Positions 1 through 7,510 of a stretch of DNA of 25,042 bases are shown here, one piece after another. Origin of the DNA: Promethearchaeota archaeon (lineage in GTDB: Archaea; Asgardarchaeota; Hermodarchaeia; Hermodarchaeales; Hermodarchaeaceae); contig JBHLMI010000012.1 of the NCBI GenBank assembly GCA_048938295.1, positions 1 to 25,042 of the forward strand. The letters run 5' to 3'. Under the pieces are notes generated by a model. That model was given only the letters and a program-made list of their open reading frames with translations, searched no databases and was not told where the DNA came from. The position numbers and the translations under genes were made by a program. Position 1 is the stretch's first letter. The number at the start of each line of letters is the position of its first letter.

Positions 1-243
1 ATCCACAATAATCCTTTCGGCAACGCTGCTTCAATATATACCCAAAGTGGAAAGGTGGGTCGAGAATTCCAGTATAGAGTACAATGTGGCAACATTGGCA
101 TTAACATCGGAATCGTTGCTCCAATGGCATTCTTTCCATTCAGTGGAATGAAAGACTCCTTTTTTGGTACATTACACGGGCAAGGTCAAGAGGCAGTTCG
201 CTTCTTCACTGAAAGTAAGGTTGTTATCCAACGGTGGTTCTAG
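1..243 (+). CDS. mmsA: 3' end of CoA-acylating methylmalonate-semialdehyde dehydrogenase (aldehyde dehydrogenase family), truncated by the window start
   Basis: Frame +1 is open from base 1: IHNNPFGNAASIYTQSG...GNIGINIGIVAPMAFFPFSGMKDSFFGTLHGQGQEAVRFFT. The C-terminal PFSGxKxSFFGxLHxQG pattern is typical of MmsA/IolA. Confidence 0.85.
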   Translation: MHNNPFGNAASIYTQSGKVGREFQYRVQCGNIGINIGIVAPMAFFPFSGMKDSFFGTLHGQGQEAVRFFTESKVVIQRWF

Positions 244-244
244 T

Positions 245-676
245 ATGAGTAAGCAAGCTACATGCTCAGCGATCATCAGCTTTGCTGAAAAACTTGAAGA
301 CGCCTCATCAAAATTTTACGAGAAGATGACTGAAACGTACACAGAGGGTAGAGAAACCTTTCAAGCTTTTGTAGAAGAAAGTAGAAAGAATAAGGTGTTG
401 ATAATCAGAACCTATCAAGAGACTATATCGGATGCCCTCGAAGCATGCTTCATTCAAATAGATTTGAGTCAATATCAATATGAAACATCTCTTGGAATCA
501 ATACGACCTATTCTTCAGCTTTGCAGAACGCTATTGAACTTGAAACTAAGATCAGCGAGTTTTACTCAATCGCTGCTAAAGAAACACAACACTTACTCGC
601 CACAATTCCTCGAATTCTAAAAAGAATGGCTGAAAAAAGAAACCAACGCATACTAGAATTAAAATCACTTCTCTAA
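245..676 (+). CDS. Ferritin-like/rubrerythrin-like four-helix-bundle protein, metal site apparently degenerate
   Basis: ATG at 245 lies 1 nt after the mmsA stop. Two ExxxxxFY helices (KLEDASSKFY, ELETKISEFY) give a ferritin-like repeat, but no ExxH motifs are present. The track start at 164 overlaps mmsA and is unlikely. Confidence 0.6.
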   Translation: MSKQATCSAIISFAEKLEDASSKFYEKMTETYTEGRETFQAFVEESRKNKVLIIRTYQETISDALEACFIQIDLSQYQYETSLGINTTYSSALQNAIELETKISEFYSIAAKETQHLLATIPRILKRMAEKRNQRILELKSLL

Positions 677-934
677 TACTTGGTTTACATGGGCTCTAGT
701 ATTCTAAGAGAACAACAAAAATACACATCAAAGCATCATGGTTTCTTGTGAAGAAATACTAAGCAAAACAACTCCCCAGTAGCACTCCTCAAATCTTATT
801 ATTAAATCTCAACCAAAATCATCACACTCAGATATTTCAACAGCATCCATATCTCCATAATTAATCTCTGTTACCTAACCTCAGTCTATTATTTTTCTAG
901 TCGTTACTCCTTCATTTCATTCTCGATTAGTCAC

Positions 935-942
935 TTTAAATT
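935..942 (+). promoter_or_regulatory. Candidate TATA box for the LAGLIDADG-type gene (probably near-leaderless transcript)
   Basis: TTTAAATT ends about 24 nt upstream of ATG 966, matching archaeal TATA-to-start spacing, in an AT-rich intergenic region. Confidence 0.45.
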
Positions 943-965
943 AAAAATTCAGTAGTAATTCATAG

Positions 966-2552
966 ATGACAAACAACTACCCATCTACAACCAAACCCAT
1001 ACAGATCCAAATCTGGTATCCCACAATTAGCACAATCCCCATCACCAATAAAGCGCATCTTCACACACTCATCATCACTGAATATCCCCACCTCACAATC
1101 CACCCTAATTATCCCAAATTACTCACCGACGCTGAACGTCACCTTGATATCATAGACCAACTCAAAGACGAAAGTAACCTCTATCACGGCGACATATCTC
1201 ACTTAGCTCGCATTCTAGGTGTCAACCGCACCATCATCTACCGCCACGTCCGCCAAGCCCTCAAACCCCGCCTTTACTGGTACATCGACAACGCCATCTC
1301 CAAAACCCAAGCAAGTCATCAACTCACCGAAATCCACACCACCAACACTCACATTCAATCACTCACGGATCTACAGAATCGACTCAACACTTACTACCCA
1401 AGCCAATTCCTAGAACCTGCCTGTGGACAAAAAGATCGCCTCACACAATGCCAGAAATACTTCCTAATCCTTTTGCTCCTCGCTGAAGGCGGCCACAGCT
1501 ACACCGATCTCTCCACTCATGTCGGCAAAACCGTCACCAACATCAAAGACTGGTGCACCAATCACACCCGCCCCGGCCTCCTCAACCTCGCCCGCCACAT
1601 CCCATCAACACCACCAGAACACGGAAACCAATGGCTTCCCCTCACCATGGAAGGCCGCTTCCACCCCACCCACTTCATCCAAGTCCCAACATCGATTACT
1701 GACTGGAGTCAAATCACACTTGTGCTCCAGCAACTCACTCCCCTCACCAACGAACATATGAGCGACTGGCACCACCACTTCGGCCCCATCCCACAAGACG
1801 AAGCCTTCGCCTACCTTCTCGGCAACCTCGTCAGCGACGCCGGCAAGATCACCCCCCACTACACCAGCACCCGCCTTGAACTCAACCTCTCCAAAAACTA
1901 CACCTGGAGCCAACAGGTTGGCGAAGCTGTTTGCTATTATCTTGGTCGTCTTGGTATCTTCGCCGAATACAAAACCAGCTCATCCCGACACCGTTGGCGT
2001 AGTCAGAACAGCCCCCTCCTCACATGGATCAAACACGTCTGCCTAGGATTAACACCACAGCAACTTACCACCTACATTCCTATCAATGCCCCCTGGCTCC
2101 TCACCGCCCCCAACCACATACGTACCAAATTCCTACAAGGTCTCAACGACGGTGATGGACATGTGCTTGTTGGTTACCAACAGCTTGGTAATGCTAGCGA
2201 AAAAAATTCAGGCTTTCTAACCAAATTACTCAGTACATTTAAAATTAGATCATGGATAAACATACGAAGAGTAATCATTGAACAAATTCGTAGTATTTTC
2301 ACCGCAGTAGAGTTACCCTTCTTTTTACATGCAATAGAAAGACAAGAAAAAGCAAACAAACTTGCGAAAATGATTCGGAGTAGAATTCAACACTCAAAAG
2401 TCCCAGTTTCATATCAAGTTAGTTCATATATCTGGAAATTACATGAAAAAGGATTTTCTTATGGTGAGATTGCTGAAATCATCTTCGATAAATTTCAAAT
2501 CTGCTATCATCCAAAGCGAGTTAGCAAAGTGATTAGAAGATACAAAAGATAG
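966..2552 (+). CDS. Free-standing LAGLIDADG-type homing-endonuclease-domain protein with multiple HTH motifs
   Basis: Two LAGLIDADG-like helices: YLLGNLVSDAG (1812-1844) and FLQGLNDGDG (G at 2139-2159). HTH-like segments ISHLARILGVNRTIIYRHV, YTDLSTHVGKTVTNIKDWC and C-terminal KGFSYGEIAEII. No intein termini and no host gene flanking it. Confidence 0.75.
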   Translation: MTNNYPSTTKPIQIQIWYPTISTIPITNKAHLHTLIITEYPHLTIHPNYPKLLTDAERHLDIIDQLKDESNLYHGDISHLARILGVNRTIIYRHVRQALKPRLYWYIDNAISKTQASHQLTEIHTTNTHIQSLTDLQNRLNTYYPSQFLEPACGQKDRLTQCQKYFLILLLLAEGGHSYTDLSTHVGKTVTNIKDWCTNHTRPGLLNLARHIPSTPPEHGNQWLPLTMEGRFHPTHFIQVPTSITDWSQITLVLQQLTPLTNEHMSDWHHHFGPIPQDEAFAYLLGNLVSDAGKITPHYTSTRLELNLSKNYTWSQQVGEAVCYYLGRLGIFAEYKTSSSRHRWRSQNSPLLTWIKHVCLGLTPQQLTTYIPINAPWLLTAPNHIRTKFLQGLNDGDGHVLVGYQQLGNASEKNSGFLTKLLSTFKIRSWINIRRVIIEQIRSIFTAVELPFFLHAIERQEKANKLAKMIRSRIQHSKVPVSYQVSSYIWKLHEKGFSYGEIAEIIFDKFQICYHPKRVSKVIRRYKR

Positions 2553-2622
2553 CTTAATAGTTCCTCAATAAAAGCTCTTTGAAGAGTAGTTAAAAGTATA
2601 AACAAATACTTATTTGTTTAAA

Positions 2623-3543
2623 TTAAGACCCAATGTATCTGTCGACGGCGTCTAAGAGGATTTGCATCATTTCTTCTTTGCGTTTTCGGTCGATGGCGAC
2701 CATGCCGAAGGCGGGGATGCCGAGGATGCGTTCGACGAGTTCCGGTGAAAGGGCGCCTTCAAGATCTTGTTTATTGGCGATCGCCCACACTGGGACACCG
2801 GGGGCATCTTTGCGGATGACATCGAGGATTTCCTTTGTCGCAATGACGTTGTTGAGAGTCGAGTCCGTGATAATGAAGACGATGTCTGAACCCCGAAAGT
2901 AGATGGTCCAGAGTCGGCGAAACCTTTCTTGTCCTGCGAAGTCCCAGAGAATAATCGAGTACGTTCCGTAGCGGGTGGCTTCGATTTGTTCGATGCTCAG
3001 GGCTATCGTTGGGACGTATTCGGTCGGTGGGGCAGTGCCCTTAAGCAGGCGCAACAGGGTGGTTTTGCCGACGCCGCCTTCGCCGACGAGGCTGACTTTG
3101 AGTTTGCTCATGATGTAGTCATCGATGAGATCTTCGAGGGTTTCGGGGTTGTCGCTTTGACCGAGTTCTTTGATTTGTTCGGTGCCGTATTTGCCGACGA
3201 GCATGCGGAGAGCGGTTTTGACTTTTTCAGCGACACGATTGTCTTCGTCTTGCATGTGGCTGATGAAGACGAGGAGGAGGTCGTCGATGTTAGTGAAGAT
3301 GTATTTGCTGCCCTGGATGTGGATGGGGAGGGATGGGATGTCGGTGGATTGGACGTGGCTCATGAATTCTTTGTAGGCGCGGAGGAATTCACGAATTTGG
3401 TTGTCGTTGAGGACGACGCGCCAGTATTGTTTGCGGAAAATGACGTTGGCTTGGAGGCCGACTTCGTCTTTGCGGGGGGTGATGCTGAAAAGGATTGCAT
3501 TATGGATTATTGCCCGCACTTCCCAGGGATGTTGCTTCGTCAT
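2623..3543 (-). CDS. Ras-superfamily (Arf/Rab-like) small GTPase with N-terminal longin-like domain
   Basis: G1 GEGGVGKTT, G2 YVPT, G3 WDFAGQ, G4 NKQD. The N-terminal ~145 aa show a longin-like strand/helix order (SKYIFTNID-DLLLVFISH-DEDNRVAEKVKTALRML). Confidence 0.9.
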   Translation of the reverse strand: MTKQHPWEVRAIIHNAILFSITPRKDEVGLQANVIFRKQYWRVVLNDNQIREFLRAYKEFMSHVQSTDIPSLPIHIQGSKYIFTNIDDLLLVFISHMQDEDNRVAEKVKTALRMLVGKYGTEQIKELGQSDNPETLEDLIDDYIMSKLKVSLVGEGGVGKTTLLRLLKGTAPPTEYVPTIALSIEQIEATRYGTYSIILWDFAGQERFRRLWTIYFRGSDIVFIITDSTLNNVIATKEILDVIRKDAPGVPVWAIANKQDLEGALSPELVERILGIPAFGMVAIDRKRKEEMMQILLDAVDRYIGS

Positions 3544-3668
3544 TTCTGTTTATTGGGGTGGCGCTGATAAGCTTTTTGGCGACTAGTGTAGTGGGGGGGT
3601 GTGGGTTAGGTTCTTCTGAGGTAATCTTTTAATGCATGGAGGTTTTGTGGTGTGGCGAGGACGACGGT

Positions 3669-4919
3669 GTGTCAGCGATTGACGTGTACGAGTTGCCGGA
3701 GTGGTTCGCGAAACAAACAGAGGATTTGCTCTTTAATTACCGGACGGATATTCAGAAGCAGATGGACCGGATTGAAGAGGCGTTGGTGAGTTCGACGGAA
3801 ACGGCGGATAAGCTATTGGAAGAAGTAGTTATCGATGGTGAGATGACGGTACCTGGTGCAGCGTCAAAGCTGGCAGGTCGATTGAAAGCGTTATTTGATG
3901 AGGTCGAGTTTCCTGAACAGATTACACATTCGTCAGTGGAAGAACTGCTGAAAGATTTGGAAGGGTATATCCGTGAGGTGTCGATGGCGGGCCAGCGGTA
4001 TATTCGCCGATTACCTAAGGTACATAAGCGGGTCATTAAGGAGTTAGACTATCAGTTCCGGGTAATTAACCAGGGGTATCAAAAGATCAAGAAAATCTGG
4101 GAAAAGGAGAAGCTACCGCGGCAGCTGGAGTTAATTCAAGAAGAGGTTGACGAAATAGAAGACCGATCTCATCAGCTGGTGAAACTTGCAGAGGACCTAA
4201 AGGATCTGCAAAAACAGAAGGAGCAAGTGGAAGGGCGAGTAGAACAGCACCAAGATGGCATTGAGCAATTTCGAATGGACTCAGGGCTTGCGGAAATCGA
4301 TGGAATTCATAGGGAAATTGATGGTATCCGAATGGTGGTAACCAACCAGTTAAATTTCCTGAAGAAACCGTTTAAGAAGCTGAGTCAAGAAGCGGGTCAA
4401 TCGATTATGATTTCATCAGATGCCGGTGAAGGAGCAGATGCATATTCCGCTGATCCATGGCTAGCCTTTCAACGAGATACTGAATCTCTCTCAAAACTCA
4501 AAGCAGGGCTGAATGCCCTTGCATCCGCTATTCAGGATAACAAGATTTCATTCAAAGCGAGCCTAAATCGTAAGGTGATTGACCGGCGGGACCAAGTGGT
4601 CGAGAAGGGTGCATTAGATGAGTACCGGATGCGTTTTTCAGCGCTAGATTCGCGTAAGGAGGACCTGAAGGCTTCGATATCTTTGGAGGAACGCCGCGAA
4701 CTGGAGAGATCATTGGAACGCGCGGAGTGGGAGAAACGGGATTTAGGCGCAGAAATTGCACACGCTCAAGAACAGATAGAAAGGGTTTCAGCGCGACTAA
4801 ATACGTTACAAAAGCGTTTAGAGAAGTCCTTATCAGGAATTCTTCGGGGAAGCATTCAACTCGAATTTCCCAACGAAGTGTTGGCAGTACTTCAAGAAGA
4901 TGCAACGGACGAAACCTAA
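3669..4919 (+). CDS. Long coiled-coil protein of unknown function
   Basis: 416-aa ORF from GTG 3669 (in-frame ATG 3636 is possible). E/K/L/Q-rich heptad patterns throughout. No Walker motifs, so it is not an SMC/SbcC ATPase. Confidence 0.75.
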   Translation: MSAIDVYELPEWFAKQTEDLLFNYRTDIQKQMDRIEEALVSSTETADKLLEEVVIDGEMTVPGAASKLAGRLKALFDEVEFPEQITHSSVEELLKDLEGYIREVSMAGQRYIRRLPKVHKRVIKELDYQFRVINQGYQKIKKIWEKEKLPRQLELIQEEVDEIEDRSHQLVKLAEDLKDLQKQKEQVEGRVEQHQDGIEQFRMDSGLAEIDGIHREIDGIRMVVTNQLNFLKKPFKKLSQEAGQSIMISSDAGEGADAYSADPWLAFQRDTESLSKLKAGLNALASAIQDNKISFKASLNRKVIDRRDQVVEKGALDEYRMRFSALDSRKEDLKASISLEERRELERSLERAEWEKRDLGAEIAHAQEQIERVSARLNTLQKRLEKSLSGILRGSIQLEFPNEVLAVLQEDATDET

Positions 4920-4983
4920 ACTGAGATTGCACAAAGCCTTTTTAGCCCAGACACGAGGATACGATTAACTGAGGCGATATTTG

Positions 4984-5322
4984 ATGTCGCAGGAATATCA
5001 GGCTGTTACGCAGAGGTACCTGCTCCCAATGACTTCATACTTAGTGGAGCTTGGACGAATGGGGGATCGTTGGGCGGTTAAGATATTTCGGGGACCAACG
5101 GAAATTGGCACCACACCTCTAACAACTGATCTCAATCACAACGAAATCTTCAACGCCATCCAAAACAACGTGTCAATGCCCATGTTTTCCCCAGAACGCA
5201 TGTTTGGGACCATTGGGCGGATGGTGCAAGAGGCGCGGATGCATGCGTCTGGAACGACAGAAGCACAACCAGGAGCTCAGCTTTCCTCGCAACCAGAACC
5301 GGATTTCCCGGATTCAGATTAA
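4984..5322 (+). CDS. Hypothetical protein (small beta/alpha domain plus disordered C-terminal tail)
   Basis: 112-aa ORF filling the gap between two genes, co-oriented with the upstream gene, with a 4-bp stop overlap with the convergent aminotransferase. Confidence 0.6.
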   Translation: MSQEYQAVTQRYLLPMTSYLVELGRMGDRWAVKIFRGPTEIGTTPLTTDLNHNEIFNAIQNNVSMPMFSPERMFGTIGRMVQEARMHASGTTEAQPGAQLSSQPEPDFPDSD

Positions 5323-6536
5323 GATCGCTTTTCGACGAAGGATTGAATTTCATCTAGCGCTGAATTAAGAGTGGAGGGAGGGGCAAGAAAGACCAGTCGG
5401 AAGTGCTTAGCGCCATAATTAGGATCAAAGCCCGATCCATGCACAACCAACACGCCTGTTTCGGTCAATAACTCCATGACAAAGGCTTCATCCGTTTTCC
5501 ATCGACCCTGCAAATCGATTGATGGAAAAATGTAGAAAGCTCCTTCCGGCTTCGAAGTAGAGATGCCGTTAATTTCATTCAGGCGTTTGTAAACAATATC
5601 CCGACGTTGGCGAAGACGGGCTAAGACATCTTGAAGATAGGCATCACCTTCGCGAAGTGCGACCGCAGCGGCATATTGAGCAGGAGCGTTGGTACAGATG
5701 CGAATACGCGCCTGTTTGAGGATGTGTTCTTTTAGTTCGTCAAGCTGGTTGTTGGGGTGATAGAAGTACATATAACCGATACGCCAACCAGGCACGAGAT
5801 ATACCTTGGATAACCCGTTGAACCCGATGACTGGGACATCCTTGGCCAAGGCAGCAGTACTCTTTGGCGCTTGGTCGTAGACCAGCCGATCGTAAACTTC
5901 GTCGGAAATGAGGGGAAGCCCATACTCTCCAGCAATATCAATGATGGACTTGACGACTTTTTCAGAGTATACGGAGCCAGTAGGATTGTTCGGATTGATG
6001 AGAAGCAGCGCTACTGTTTTGTCTGAAATCTTGTTTCGAATGTCGTCAATGTCTGGTTGCCAGCCATTTTCCTCAATGCAATGATAAGTCACAGGAGTGC
6101 CTTCAAAAAACCGGGCAAAAGCGAGATAGGGAGGATATGTGGGTCCAGGCACCAAGACTTGTGAACCTGGATGAACCAAAGCAGCCATTATCATTTGGAT
6201 TCCCTCGGATATCCCGGCGGTCGCAATCACATTAGAAGCCTTGATGGAAACGTGGTTGATGCGTTGCTCTTTATCAACGACGGCTTCGCGAAACGCGGGA
6301 ATGCCATCGGACGCCGAATAGCCATTATGACCCTCCTGGGCAGCGGCACAAAGAGCGTTAATCAGAAAGGAGGGAGTCGTGAAATCGTAGACAATCGGAT
6401 CTCCAATATTCAGGTATGTGATGCGTTTCCCGGAAGCTTCAAGTCGCTTAGCAGCTACGACTACATCCCGGATTGCATACTGGATTGTCTTCGTTCGGTC
6501 TGTGATTAAATTTTGACGAAAGGGTTGGTTGGGCAT
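5319..6536 (-). CDS. PLP-dependent class I/II aminotransferase, AlaA/alanine aminotransferase-like
   Basis: LNIGDP, INPNNPTG, ISDEVYD, PLP-lysine motif NGLSKVYLVPGWRIG, and PEGAFYIF. Confidence 0.92.
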   Translation of the reverse strand: MPNQPFRQNLITDRTKTIQYAIRDVVVAAKRLEASGKRITYLNIGDPIVYDFTTPSFLINALCAAAQEGHNGYSASDGIPAFREAVVDKEQRINHVSIKASNVIATAGISEGIQMIMAALVHPGSQVLVPGPTYPPYLAFARFFEGTPVTYHCIEENGWQPDIDDIRNKISDKTVALLLINPNNPTGSVYSEKVVKSIIDIAGEYGLPLISDEVYDRLVYDQAPKSTAALAKDVPVIGFNGLSKVYLVPGWRIGYMYFYHPNNQLDELKEHILKQARIRICTNAPAQYAAAVALREGDAYLQDVLARLRQRRDIVYKRLNEINGISTSKPEGAFYIFPSIDLQGRWKTDEAFVMELLTETGVLVVHGSGFDPNYGAKHFRLVFLAPPSTLNSALDEIQSFVEKRS

Positions 6537-6628
6537 GATGTGTCGCCTACGAAAAATAGGGCACTAGCTATGATTGTGCTAAGAAACCCATTTTAAACAT
6601 TAAGATTGTTCGTTATCGAATTGCAACT

Positions 6629-6868
6629 TTACCGTCGCGTCTTCTTCCATTGTTTATACGCGAGTTTGACATCTCGGCGTGTGACAGTCTTTCGACCGGC
6701 AAACTCTGAGAGTTCCTTAGCTATTGTGGCAACTTCGATGCCTAACTCCTCAAGGACTTCGCCTAGTTCAGTGGCAGCGTGCTCACTGACGCGTTCGGCT
6801 CCAGCCCTCCGGATAAGTCGATCAATCGGAGCAATGGGAATGATACGAGTTGTTTTTTCTCGGGGCAT
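6629..6868 (-). CDS. Archaeal histone (HMfA/HMfB family)
   Basis: PIAPIDRLIRRAGAERVS...AGRKTVTRRDVKLA aligns without gaps to the HMfB histone fold. ATG at 6868; 79 aa. Confidence 0.95.
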   Translation of the reverse strand: MPREKTTRIIPIAPIDRLIRRAGAERVSEHAATELGEVLEELGIEVATIAKELSEFAGRKTVTRRDVKLAYKQWKKTRR

Positions 6869-6930
6869 AAGCAACACCGATATTTTCCTAAAATAACCGT
6901 TCTTACTGCTCCTACTTAAGTTTTACACCG

Positions 6931-6946
6931 ATTTAAAAGCTTTTTC
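6931..6946 (-). promoter_or_regulatory. Candidate BRE/TATA promoter of the histone gene
   Basis: The minus strand reads GAAAAAGC-TTTTAAAT about 63 nt upstream of the histone ATG. A second TATATAAG lies just upstream. Confidence 0.5.
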
Positions 6947-7011
6947 CTTATATACGGAGTATTATTCCCTTTATTCTTTCGAAATGACGCATTTAAAGCG
7001 CTTTATCTCCC

Positions 7012-7338
7012 TTAGCCAGGCGTTTTCAAAAGCCCTGTGACAGCGTCCAACCACTCTACTCCTATCCGCCAGGAAGTAACCCCTTCATCAGCTTGCTGGA
7101 CCATTTGCTCTAAAAAATGTTCACCGAGCTGTTGTTGCATTCGTGTTAAGATGGTCCCCACAGTGACTAACCCGACGACAGGATTTGCCTTTTTCGCATA
7201 TCGGGCAAGTTCAGAGGTAGTGTGCCATAGCCCATCGCTTAAGCAACGTAGAATTTCGCGCTTCACCGGATCTTCGACCATTTTGCGAAGTAGTACGAGT
7301 TTTTGACTTTCCGCAGGGGAGGGGCGTTCGGGTTCCAC
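7012..7338 (-). CDS. Winged-helix (ArsR-like) DNA-binding protein
   Basis: The track labels this +, but the peptide is encoded on the reverse complement (TTA at 7012-7014 is TAA on the minus strand). DPVKREILRCLSDG...TTSELARY is an ArsR-like wHTH. Start at GTG 7338 or TTG 7365. Confidence 0.7.
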   Translation of the reverse strand: MEPERPSPAESQKLVLLRKMVEDPVKREILRCLSDGLWHTTSELARYAKKANPVVGLVTVGTILTRMQQQLGEHFLEQMVQQADEGVTSWRIGVEWLDAVTGLLKTPG

Positions 7339-7510
7339 AGCTAATCCTCGGCAATTCTTTGCCAACGGCAGGTTTTAAGCGATTCGCCCTCCAGCAGAAG
7401 GCAATGGGGTATCCTTGGAGTTTTACAGATATGCAAGCGGGTGAAGATAATTGGCGCCTTATCAGACAAATCTTAAAGGGAAAAGAAGCTATCAACGAAG
7501 ACCAACCTGA

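Noticed and set aside
966-2552. Intein or intron origin for the LAGLIDADG ORF
   Set aside because: There is no Cys/Ser-initiated Hint block or terminal His-Asn, no interrupted host gene, and no flanking rRNA/tRNA exon sequence visible.
2929-3567. 212-aa plus-strand ORF
   Set aside because: It is antisense to the GTPase. It stays open because C-ending codons on the minus strand avoid stops, and it has no motif.
3591-3610. G7-TGT-GGGTTAGG, a G-quadruplex or telomere-like motif
   Set aside because: There is a single non-repeated unit with fewer than four clean G3 tracts, expected by chance in a G-rich patch.
3636-4919. SMC/Rad50/SbcC assignment for the coiled-coil protein
   Set aside because: It has no Walker A/B, signature motif, hinge or zinc hook.
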